Of a DNA stretch of 24,792 nt, positions 8,336 to 16,975 are shown one piece after another. The translations under genes were made by a program, and so were the position numbers. Every line of letters begins with the position of its first letter. Position 1 is the stretch's first letter. Below the pieces are notes generated by a model, which was given only the letters and a program-made list of their open reading frames with translations, ran no database searches and was not told the origin of the DNA. The stretch comes from Calditrichia bacterium (GTDB taxonomy: Bacteria > Calditrichota > Calditrichia > RBG-13-44-9), in assembly GCA_037381445.1 (NCBI GenBank), contig JARRQT010000108.1, forward strand, positions 10,231-35,022. Reading direction: 5' to 3'.

Positions 8336-8668
8336 ATGAAAATTCTTGGCAATCTAATTAAAATTCTGCTTGGTGTTCTTCTGGTATATGTTCTGATTCA
8401 AAATGCAGATCAAATTATTGATTTGGAACTGTTCACACTTTACTATCCTCAAATTCATCTGTCAATAGTGCTTCTGATTACCCTTGGTATAGGAATCGTT
8501 ATTGGCGCAATCATGGTGAGCTTCTCAATTTTGCAGTCCCGTTCCGACATCAGGGAACTGCAGAAGAGAAACAAACAATTGACCAAGGAGCTGGAAAATC
8601 TTAGAAATATTTCAGTTGATGAAATTCCCGAAGATAATTTTCCCGGTCCCGGTGAAACACAAAGCTAG
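8336..8668 (+). CDS. lapA: LapA (YciS/DUF1049)-family lipopolysaccharide assembly protein A
   Basis: Two TM helices with QN after the first, then a coiled-coil tail (ELENLRN); directly upstream of lapB. Confidence 0.75.
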   Translation: MKILGNLIKILLGVLLVYVLIQNADQIIDLELFTLYYPQIHLSIVLLITLGIGIVIGAIMVSFSILQSRSDIRELQKRNKQLTKELENLRNISVDEIPEDNFPGPGETQS

Positions 8669-8685
8669 GCAAGGAGATCCCCTTC

Positions 8686-9840
8686 ATGCAAAATACCGGT
8701 TATTTTACAGATCTACTCATATTGTTCTTGATAGTCATCGCACTTATTATTATTTACTTATATACCCGGCACTATCGCAGGCCTTCCAAGGGGCGGAATA
8801 ACTATCTGGAGGCACTGGAATTCCTTGCCGATAATGATTATAAAAGGGCTATTCAGAAATTTAAAGAAACTGTAAAAGAAAACACTGAAAATATTAATGC
8901 CTATCTCCGCTTGGGAAATCTTTTGCGCGAAAGAGGCTTTGCAAACAATGCCCTGAAGATTCATAAAGATCTTACCTTGCGATCCGGCTTAAAACCCGAT
9001 ATTCAGGTGAAAGTCCAGCACAGTTTAATGCTGGATTATGAAACCATGGGGGATTTGGAACATGCCATTGATATGGCGAACAAGATTCTCGTCAAAGATT
9101 CTGTCTACTCCAGAGAGGTTTCAAGCAGGCTGCTGAATTATCTGGAAAAGAAACAGGAATGGGAGGCTGCCTATAATGCCAGCAAAACACATATAAAGCA
9201 GCTTACCAATCCTCAGAAAAAAAGAATGGCATTATACCTTGTTTTTGAAGGCCTGGAGCTCATGAAAGAGGAAAAAGGAAGGGATGCCAGAATTAAATTC
9301 AAGGAGGCGCTCAAGATCGATCCCCAATGTACGCCCGCCTATTATCATTTGGGACAATCCTATTATCTGGAGGACCGGCTGGAAGATGCTGTGAGGGAGT
9401 GGCAGAGTCTGTGTCAGAATATTCCTGAGCATGCTTATATCACTTTTGATGCACTGGAGCGTGCCTGGTTCGAGCTTGGCAAATTTACGGAGGCCGAAAA
9501 ATTGTATAATGATCTGCTGACTACGAACGCGGAGAATATTCAAGCTGCTCTGGCATTGGCGGAGATCTACAATAAAAAGGGAGAGTACGATAGGGCGTTG
9601 GAATTGTTGGACCGCTTTGAAAGCATAAAATCCAATGATCCTCAGATTATAAGCTATAAAATTCAATATTTGCATAATAAAAATCAGTATAAAACAGCAA
9701 GTTCCGTTGCATTGGATTTTTTCCAGGAACAGAACCTTCTGTCCAATAAAAACTATGTGTGTCAGGAATGTCATTATACGAACGAAGAACCATTATGGAT
9801 TTGTCCAAGATGCAAAAGCATAGATTCTTTCAAAATATAA
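8686..9840 (+). CDS. lapB: LapB (YciM)-like TPR protein with C-terminal rubredoxin-like Zn site
   Basis: N-terminal TM, Y..AL..L, LGNLLRERG...A..IH..L, TPR repeats, C-terminal CQEC...W.CPRC; SD AAGGAG. Confidence 0.85.
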   Translation: MQNTGYFTDLLILFLIVIALIIIYLYTRHYRRPSKGRNNYLEALEFLADNDYKRAIQKFKETVKENTENINAYLRLGNLLRERGFANNALKIHKDLTLRSGLKPDIQVKVQHSLMLDYETMGDLEHAIDMANKILVKDSVYSREVSSRLLNYLEKKQEWEAAYNASKTHIKQLTNPQKKRMALYLVFEGLELMKEEKGRDARIKFKEALKIDPQCTPAYYHLGQSYYLEDRLEDAVREWQSLCQNIPEHAYITFDALERAWFELGKFTEAEKLYNDLLTTNAENIQAALALAEIYNKKGEYDRALELLDRFESIKSNDPQIISYKIQYLHNKNQYKTASSVALDFFQEQNLLSNKNYVCQECHYTNEEPLWICPRCKSIDSFKI

Positions 9841-10421
9841 TAATTATTTTTTTCTTTTTGGGCATATCTGTCCCTTTTGCCCAAAATGATAATCTCTATA
9901 AACTTTATGCCGATAATGACATCGTGGAACTGGAAAATATTTATTCTGCCGGTACCATCAGCGATCCCTTATGGGCCAAGTTTATCGGAAATATGTTTGA
10001 AGAAAATATGGAAAACGCCTTGCCCGTTTATATGCAAATATATGAACAGACCTCGGATGAGCAGTTAAAGAAGGTGACACTGGACCGCATCTCACAATAT
10101 TATTACGCCAAAGGCTTCTATGAAACAGCAAACCGGATACTGAATGACAAGCAGTTCAGGCAGAAAATATTCTCGATCAAAAAAGAAAGCATAAAATTCG
10201 GTGTGCAGTTGGGAGCCTATTCTACATATCAAAATGCCCTGGATGCCAGGAAGAAATTCGAAAATATAAATAACGAAATATTTATCATTTCCAAAAACAG
10301 CAATGGCAGGAATCTATATAGAATTGTGGCCGGCAAGTTTGAAACGCAATTGGAAGCCGAGAGACTGAAAAATGAAATGAGGCAGAAGTTTGGCTACAGA
10401 GGGATAATATTACAATACTAA
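9810..10421 (+). CDS. Secreted SPOR-domain protein
   Basis: Signal peptide-like N-terminus from ATG 9810 (alternative starts 9795, 9759); C-terminal SPOR motifs VQLGAYS...NA and YRIVAGKF....EA. Confidence 0.85.
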   Translation: MQKHRFFQNIIIIFFFLGISVPFAQNDNLYKLYADNDIVELENIYSAGTISDPLWAKFIGNMFEENMENALPVYMQIYEQTSDEQLKKVTLDRISQYYYAKGFYETANRILNDKQFRQKIFSIKKESIKFGVQLGAYSTYQNALDARKKFENINNEIFIISKNSNGRNLYRIVAGKFETQLEAERLKNEMRQKFGYRGIILQY

Positions 10422-10431
10422 GGGGAAGGTA

Positions 10432-11112
10432 ATGGATAAAGATATTCTGAAAAATATACCATTATTCTCGGAATTAAGCGACAAAGACCTAGAACGAATT
10501 TCTCAGGTTGCCACCCGGCAGCGTTATCACAAGGAAAACCTCATCTTAATTGAGGAGGAAATTGGTTCAACCATGTTTGTTATTCTCTCGGGCCGTGTAA
10601 AGATTTCCCGCATCAGCGATGACGGCCGGGAAGTGATCCTCTCCATTCTCAGCGATGGTGATTTTTTCGGTGAAATGTCTTTGCTCGATGGACATACCCG
10701 ATCTGCCAATGTTACCGCCATTGAGGATTCGGAATTGCTGGTCATAAGGCGGGAAGAATTTCTGCAGATGCTGCGGGACTATCCCCAAATCGCCATTAAT
10801 CTGCTGAAAGAATTGGCGCAGCGCATCAGGAAGAGTGATGAACATATTAAATCGCTGTCTCTGCAGGATGCCACTGGGCGCGTCGCAAGCACGCTTCTAA
10901 GAATAGCAGAAGATTCGGGCGTATTCCGGCAGGGACAGGTGGAAATCCTTGAGCTTCCCTTGCAGCAGGACTTGGCCAATATGGCCGGAACCAGCCGGGA
11001 AACAATTTCACGTGTAATCAAATCCCTTTCTATGCAGGGATATTTGAAAAAACAGGGCGGCAAAATTATCATTCTGGATTATGACAGATTTCAGATGATG
11101 TTCTCAAAATAA
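10432..11112 (+). CDS. Crp/Fnr family transcriptional regulator (CRP-like)
   Basis: cNMP-binding motif FFGEMSLLDG..RSANV; HTH QQDLANMAGTSRETISR; no Cys residues, so not an Fe-S FNR. Confidence 0.95.
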   Translation: MDKDILKNIPLFSELSDKDLERISQVATRQRYHKENLILIEEEIGSTMFVILSGRVKISRISDDGREVILSILSDGDFFGEMSLLDGHTRSANVTAIEDSELLVIRREEFLQMLRDYPQIAINLLKELAQRIRKSDEHIKSLSLQDATGRVASTLLRIAEDSGVFRQGQVEILELPLQQDLANMAGTSRETISRVIKSLSMQGYLKKQGGKIIILDYDRFQMMFSK

Positions 11113-11161
11113 TGATACCGGCAGCCGGAGGCCAGTAATATGGAGGTCTTTAAATTAACTA

Positions 11162-13228
11162 ATGAACGTTCTTTTTCTCGGACAAAATTTCGATACGTTT
11201 CAGTCGTTAAAGGAAGTGTTGGCAGATAACAATTATGGATACCTGTTTAGAAATATAAATGAAATCGGCGAAGAGCTTCCGGACATCCCGGATAATGCAA
11301 TTGCCATAATCGACATCACCGGATTAAATTCTCTAAAACTTAATTTTGTATATCATTTCCTGTCAGTTTACAAACAGTTCGACATACCAGTCCTTGCAAT
11401 CATTCCCCAGAGCAGCCAGGAGCTTCGCACCAGGTTTTTGGAATTGGGAGTACACGATTACCTGGTACCTCCCTATGATGCTATCGATCTCCAGACTAAA
11501 ATAAAGAACTTATCCCGGTTCTCCCGGGCCGCCATTCAGACCTATTTGACTCAGGAAAGTCCAATCTTAACAGAATTCCTGAAAGAATTTTCTGTTTTAC
11601 TGGCAGGTAAAACAGAATCATTTTATAGCAAGGACCCTGATTTAATTATTAAGAAGACAATCGAGATATTAAATCATTCTTTGAACGCCGAAAACATCCT
11701 TTATTTCAGTATTGAAAATAATGACCGGATTAGACTGAAGTATTCATCTCCCGATTTCCCTGCAGATGATCCACTGGAGATCGCACTAGATGGTATTGCT
11801 GAAATTCTCAGGTCCATGCCCATGAGAAAGAAAATCGGATCACCGTCAATTGATTCAGGAAATACATTCTTCACTCATCTGAAATCATATCTAAATCTTG
11901 AGACAGAATCCATTGCCTTTTGGCCGATTGAACCCGCAAGTCAGTTAGAGGATTTTCTTTTGATCCTGCCCGGTGAGAGCGATGATTTTGGAGGAACAGA
12001 ATCTGCCATTCTTGATTTTACGGCCAGGTTCATCGAAAATATTATTCGGGAAGAAAAATTCCGCACCCTGCTGGAAAATAAATTAAAAGAAAAGACATTA
12101 GCCTATTCATTCGAGTTTCTCGAACATGTACTAAATCAGTTGAATTTTGGCGTGATTGTGGTGGATAGCAACAGAATTATCCAATACCTGAACAAACCCT
12201 CGGCGAAGCTCCTGCAGCTAAACGCGGACGAAGCAATGTATCAGCCGCTGGAAAATATTTTGGGTGCGGACAATACGGGCATCATTTTGTCAACAAATGA
12301 GCAAATCAACGGTACCTTCGAAAGGCCGGAAATTGAAATCAAGACTGCCGAAGGAGAAAAAATCCTGATCGGATTTAATATCATGGAATTTCAGGAGTCT
12401 TCTTCTGATGATGAGGGATTTATCATTTCGTTTAAAGATATCACCTATTCCAAAGAACTTCAGGAAGAAATGCGGCGCATGGACCGTCTGGCGTCTCTGG
12501 GTGTGATGGCAAGTGGCATTGCCCACGAAATCAGGAATCCGTTGGCGGGAATTAAGGCAATTGCCCAGACATTTGAAGATGAATTTGCCAAAGATGATCC
12601 GAAAAATGAATTTGTCAAGAGGATTATCAAACAGGTAAATCGTCTGGATGATATGTTAAAAGTACTCTTCTCATACGCCAAGCCCCAGAGGGCCAACCGT
12701 CAGTTTCATCATGTGGAACTGATAATTCAGGAAGTGATGGCATTGCTAAAGCAAAAACTTCAGCAGCAAAATATAAAATTATCGCAGTCATATGCATCAA
12801 ATCTGCCCCCGCTATTTATCGATAACAGTCAAATTCAGCAGGTGTTGTTTAACCTCATTTTAAACAGTGTGGAAGCTATAGAAGGGGAGGGGCAGATTGA
12901 AATATCCATTGAGCCGATTAGGGATGAACTGAAAATCTTTCAGAGAAAACCATTCTATAAAAAAATCACAGAAAATCCATATGTCCTGATCCATATTGCC
13001 GATAGCGGCTGCGGGATTTCCTCTGAAAATCTTCAGCAAATATTTAATCCGTTTTTTACAACCAAAAGCTATGGGACCGGCCTGGGCTTATCAATTGTCT
13101 ATCAGATTGTTCAGGAAAACAATGGCATCATCTATTTTGAAAGTGAAACTTCAAAGGGCACGGACTGCTACCTGTTTCTTCCCGCTTTCGAACCCGTAAT
13201 GCCCTTAACCGAGGTAAACAATTTATGA
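11162..13228 (+). CDS. Cytoplasmic sensor histidine kinase: pseudo-receiver, GAF-like region, PAS, HisKA, HATPase
   Basis: H-box ASGIAHEIRNPL, N-box QVLFNLILNS, G1 IADSGCGI, F-box FNPFFTTK, G2 GTGLGL; PAS-like GVIVVD....I.YLN..A; no TM segment seen. Confidence 0.93.
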   Translation: MNVLFLGQNFDTFQSLKEVLADNNYGYLFRNINEIGEELPDIPDNAIAIIDITGLNSLKLNFVYHFLSVYKQFDIPVLAIIPQSSQELRTRFLELGVHDYLVPPYDAIDLQTKIKNLSRFSRAAIQTYLTQESPILTEFLKEFSVLLAGKTESFYSKDPDLIIKKTIEILNHSLNAENILYFSIENNDRIRLKYSSPDFPADDPLEIALDGIAEILRSMPMRKKIGSPSIDSGNTFFTHLKSYLNLETESIAFWPIEPASQLEDFLLILPGESDDFGGTESAILDFTARFIENIIREEKFRTLLENKLKEKTLAYSFEFLEHVLNQLNFGVIVVDSNRIIQYLNKPSAKLLQLNADEAMYQPLENILGADNTGIILSTNEQINGTFERPEIEIKTAEGEKILIGFNIMEFQESSSDDEGFIISFKDITYSKELQEEMRRMDRLASLGVMASGIAHEIRNPLAGIKAIAQTFEDEFAKDDPKNEFVKRIIKQVNRLDDMLKVLFSYAKPQRANRQFHHVELIIQEVMALLKQKLQQQNIKLSQSYASNLPPLFIDNSQIQQVLFNLILNSVEAIEGEGQIEISIEPIRDELKIFQRKPFYKKITENPYVLIHIADSGCGISSENLQQIFNPFFTTKSYGTGLGLSIVYQIVQENNGIIYFESETSKGTDCYLFLPAFEPVMPLTEVNNL

Positions 13229-13772
13229 CAAAATTGGCATTCACTGAGGAATTAATAGTTGAGCCTCTGGTTTATGCAATAAGAAATAATCTGATTGAGC
13301 ATCCTTTTCAAACTGAGATTCTGCCTCAGCAGGAAATCCTCCAAAAATTATTGTTTGGCCAATTGGATATGGCCATTGTCTCACCAATGATTTATGCAAT
13401 GAATCCCGCAAATTTGACAATATTAAAGGAGCCCGTAGTCAGTAGCATCCAGCCGGACCGCAATTATTTGCTTTTTTTCGACAGAGGACTGGATAAAATA
13501 GAGACTGTGTTCGGGAGAACTGTTCAGGCAATGGAGAGATTGATGCCTTGAAGGCTTCCCTGCAGCATGGAATGGACAATTTGTTTCAAATTTGTTCCGG
13601 ATATGCCGAAAGATTCTATAAAGACGGAGAAAATTTGTTTAATCTGCTGAATACCGCATATACGTATTCCACCAGTGTTGAGTGTTGGGATTCGTTGAAA
13701 GAGATATTTGCCTATTTGTATTATTACGGATATGCTGACTATCCGCCTGAGATTAAATTTTACGGGAATTGA
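13225..13772 (+). pseudogene. MqnA/MqnD-family (menaquinone futalosine pathway fold) gene, internally deleted and frameshifted near 13509
   Basis: 5' part resembles the MqnA N-terminus (PL.Y, L..G.LD.A..S...YA, LLFF...L..I.TV). The other frame gives VRENC...EIDALKASLQHG...L..IF.Y.YYYG....PEIKFY, like the MqnA C-terminus. The middle of the fold is absent. Overlaps the kinase stop by ATGA. Confidence 0.65.
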
Positions 13773-13863
13773 AAAACTGCCCTGAATTATGTATATTCTG
13801 TGGTAAATCTTGCTTCGAGTTAAAGGAAATGCGATGTTCCCGCTGAGTCGCGAAAGCTTATTT

Positions 13864-13890
13864 TAATTTTCTTGCGGATTGTGCCGATTA
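13864..13890 (+). promoter_or_regulatory. Candidate sigma28-type promoter
   Basis: TAAT-N15-GCCGATTA versus consensus TAAA-N15-GCCGATAA; about 70 nt upstream of the PorV-like gene. Confidence 0.5.
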
Positions 13891-13957
13891 TTATTACCGA
13901 ATAAATTTGAGACGCCCAAAATGTTCGAAATGAACAAATATTTTAAATTGAACCGGG

Positions 13958-15280
13958 ATGCGCAGTATGCCCGACAAATGCTTTTATGGTAAAATTCTGA
14001 TATTTTTGTTCTTGGCAATTTGGGGAATTAATTCCAGTGCCTTTGCTGCTGGCACAACCAGTCTGGACTTTCTCAAAATGAATATGGGGAGCAGAGCCCA
14101 GGGAATGGGCGCTGCCTATACTGCATTGTCCGCAGACATTAACGGAATATTTTATAATCCGGCCGGCCTGGCCTTTTCGATGCAGCCTGCACTGATGTTT
14201 TATCACGCACAGTGGATAGAAGATATTTCCGTGGAAAACCTGTCCATATTGCAGCCGGTATCAAGAAGATATACACTTTCCGGCGCAATTAGTTTTTTAC
14301 ACCTTCCAGACCTGGAAGGCTATGATATTGATCCCGTCACCCAAGCCCCCTTGAAAACCGGATCATTTCCGGTGTATGATTTTGTTGCTCAAACCGGCTT
14401 ATCCTACCGGGTTTCCTGGAATTTCTCGGTGGGTCTGCAGTTGAAATACCTGCAGGAACGACTGGATGATGTAACCGCATCGGGAATGGCATTTGACTTG
14501 GGGATACTCTATAAAATTCCCATCGACTATTTGACTGTTGGTGCCGCCATACAAAACCTGGGCCCCAATATTAAATATGAAAATTATCGTGAAAAACTGC
14601 CCTTGACATACAGAATCGGAGCTGCTTATCAATTTCCCTATAATGCCGTCACGCTTTCACTGGATTGGGTGAAATCGATTAACGATCAGTGGACGTTGAA
14701 TCCCGGAGCAGAAATTATTCTTTTCAATTCACTTTTTTTGAGGGGAGGCTATTCGGTTAACCATGAGGCGGGGCCCGGCTACAGTGCCGGTGTGGGGTTC
14801 AAATTCCTGGAAAGGTACATGTTCAACTATGTTTATTCTCCCATGGGGATAATCGGAAATACACATAAAGCAGAGATTATTATTAACATTGGAAATCTAT
14901 TCTCAGGCAATAAAGCTCCAAAAAATCCGCAATCCCAAATACCTGAGTTATCTGATAAATCCTCAAAAATATTGAAACCTGAAGAGGGGGAACCTGCCAA
15001 GGCCTTACCAAAGCCCAGCTCTGTTTCAATTGAGCAGAAAAACGGGAAAGTTTTGCTGCATTGGGTAAAGGTAGAACTGCCGAAGGCGAAATATAACATC
15101 TATGCCAGAGTTTCCGGCAAAGAAGGTGTTATTAAATTAAATAAACGACCCCTATCAGCCGACCATTTTTCATTGCAGCCGAATGCCAGGAAAATTAGCT
15201 TTTCCTTCTATGTGACAACCGTGTTAGGAAATCGCGAAAGTGATTTCACCAATCCTGTGAAACTGGAATTCAATCACTAA
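13958..15280 (+). CDS. PorV/PorQ (UPF0164)-family outer-membrane beta-barrel with C-terminal FN3-like domain
   Basis: Signal peptide, then GTT..DFL....G.RA.GMG.AY.A...D.....YNPAGL, D.G..Y, G..IQN.G, LP...R.G, LRGGY, G.TH motifs. After a low-complexity linker comes a beta-rich domain (P........V.L.W...YNIY...YVT.V...ES..). Confidence 0.85.
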   Translation: MRSMPDKCFYGKILIFLFLAIWGINSSAFAAGTTSLDFLKMNMGSRAQGMGAAYTALSADINGIFYNPAGLAFSMQPALMFYHAQWIEDISVENLSILQPVSRRYTLSGAISFLHLPDLEGYDIDPVTQAPLKTGSFPVYDFVAQTGLSYRVSWNFSVGLQLKYLQERLDDVTASGMAFDLGILYKIPIDYLTVGAAIQNLGPNIKYENYREKLPLTYRIGAAYQFPYNAVTLSLDWVKSINDQWTLNPGAEIILFNSLFLRGGYSVNHEAGPGYSAGVGFKFLERYMFNYVYSPMGIIGNTHKAEIIINIGNLFSGNKAPKNPQSQIPELSDKSSKILKPEEGEPAKALPKPSSVSIEQKNGKVLLHWVKVELPKAKYNIYARVSGKEGVIKLNKRPLSADHFSLQPNARKISFSFYVTTVLGNRESDFTNPVKLEFNH

Positions 15281-15480
15281 CATTTCCAGACAAAGTCGCC
15301 TTTTATTGTCATATTGCGTTTCCAGGCATTATAATTCTTCCAAGACCAGAATAATCAATAATAAGCAGGCATTTACCTGACAATTGTCGAAAATAGATCA
15401 AAAGTGTTTGTTTATCAGACAACGACAGGAATTTATTGAGATTAAGCTTTGCAATAACGTGGCATAATATATTGTCTGGA

Positions 15481-15496
15481 TGGTATGATTCTTGTA
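15481..15496 (+). promoter_or_regulatory. Candidate sigma54 (-24/-12) promoter of the STAS operon
   Basis: TGGTATGATTCTTGTA versus TGGCACG-N4-TTGCW; correct GG-N10-G spacing but GT instead of GC at -12. Confidence 0.35.
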
Positions 15497-15526
15497 TAAA
15501 AGGAGATGAAAACATGGAGGTAGTGT

Positions 15527-15832
15527 GTGGAATTAAACATTTCTCAAAAGAACGGCGCGGTGAATATATCGATTATTGGCGCCGTTGATAATGAAAATGC
15601 TGAGGAGCTTAAAGATCAATTTCAGGAATTACTTGAAAAAAATTTCCACGAGGCAATTTTTGACCTGACCTTTGTTCCCTTTATCACCAGTTCGGGTATC
15701 GGGAAGTTTTTGATCTTTTACAAAAATATTGTTTCCAAGGGCTGCAAAATGCGAATAAAGGGAATCAACGACAGCTTGCTCGATCTGTTTAGATCCATCA
15801 AACTCGATCAGCTTTTTCCAATTGAAAAATAA
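15527..15832 (+). CDS. STAS-domain anti-sigma-factor antagonist (RsbV/SpoIIAA-like)
   Basis: G.VD..NA..L, FDL..V.FITSSGIG with the phosphorylatable Ser, LF....LD.LF.I; GTG start with SD GGAGG 6 nt upstream. Confidence 0.92.
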   Translation: MELNISQKNGAVNISIIGAVDNENAEELKDQFQELLEKNFHEAIFDLTFVPFITSSGIGKFLIFYKNIVSKGCKMRIKGINDSLLDLFRSIKLDQLFPIEK

Positions 15833-15851
15833 GGACAGAGAGGAATCAGGA

Positions 15852-16769
15852 ATGATAGCCGAAGATACCATAAAAAATATATTGGTTGTGGATGATGAGG
15901 AAATGATTATTGATTTATTGGGCGATTATTTCACGGATTTGGGATATGGAGTCCACCTTGCTGCCAGTGCGGAAGAGGCCATTTCCAAATTGAATAATGG
16001 CAATGAATTCCATTTAATACTGACGGATATAAACCTTCCTGGAAAATCAGGTCTTGATTTGCTGAAAATTGTGAATGAAACAAAAGATGATCTGCCGGTT
16101 ATTTTGCTTACCGGTTTAAAGACGCTGGATACCGCAATTTCAGCAGTGAAGAGCGGTGCCAGCGACTATATAACAAAACCGTTTGAACTCGGAACGGTGA
16201 GAAAAATCGTAGAAAAGGTATTAAATAAACAGAATAAATCTTTAAAGAAGGAAAAAGTCTACGAAAACGTGCAGCACCTGCGCGTGAGTTTTCAGTTTGA
16301 TACAGATGAACTGGATGCCAGCATCATGGCCAAAGAACTGGCCGCGCTTTTGAGCAAAATGCATTTCAGTGATCCAGATACTATAAAACAGTATGAACTG
16401 GTTTTCATTGAGACGCTGCTCAATTCCATCGAGCATGGCAATCTGGAACTGGCTTCATCCATAAAAAATAATGATGTTTTTCAGATGCTGGAATATGAGG
16501 AATTAAAAGAACAGCGGATGAAAGATCCCGAATATGCAAAAAGAAAAATCACCGTTTCAATGGAGTGCAACCCCGATCTGTTCTGTTTCACGGTAAAAGA
16601 TGAGGGGCCAGGATTTGATTGGAAAAAATATGTTGATAAAACCCATAAAATATCGGAATTGAACGTTAATTCCCATGGAAGAGGTTTCGTCATCATTCGT
16701 CATATTATCGATGAGGTCCATTTTAATACAGAAGGAAATATGATAACGCTGATCAAGAATCGGCAATAG
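15852..16769 (+). CDS. Receiver domain fused to RsbW/SpoIIAB-like HATPase (anti-sigma Ser kinase fold)
   Basis: Intact REC (VVDDE, LTDINLP, LTG, ITKPF); E.L.N.IEHGN, VKDEGPGFDW, HGRG...I....DEV.FN..GN motifs; no His-containing H-box. Start ATG 15852 (alternative TTG 15822). Confidence 0.9.
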   Translation: MIAEDTIKNILVVDDEEMIIDLLGDYFTDLGYGVHLAASAEEAISKLNNGNEFHLILTDINLPGKSGLDLLKIVNETKDDLPVILLTGLKTLDTAISAVKSGASDYITKPFELGTVRKIVEKVLNKQNKSLKKEKVYENVQHLRVSFQFDTDELDASIMAKELAALLSKMHFSDPDTIKQYELVFIETLLNSIEHGNLELASSIKNNDVFQMLEYEELKEQRMKDPEYAKRKITVSMECNPDLFCFTVKDEGPGFDWKKYVDKTHKISELNVNSHGRGFVIIRHIIDEVHFNTEGNMITLIKNRQ

Positions 16770-16975
16770 ATTTGCAAACTTGCAGCTTCTTACAGCAAAA
16801 ATTTGGATACAAGACATTTCACAATTATAGGGAGCATTTTTTAAAACCCTTACCTGATCCCTTCCTTCCATTGTATTCTCTGCCTTCAAATCAATTCGCG
16901 CAGCATTAATTTTATCTTGATTTAATCCATGAAAAATAATTAACTTGAATTGTGGAATTTGTTAAGGAAACTGAA

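Noticed and set aside
13825..13851. Possible pseudoknot GGAA/TTCC with GCGAT/GTCGC resembling a fluoride riboswitch
   Set aside because: Lacks the second stem and the full GCUGAUG motif, and the downstream gene is not fluoride-related.
15309..15515. 68-aa minus-strand ORF in the PorV-STAS spacer
   Set aside because: No recognisable features; overlaps the STAS promoter region.
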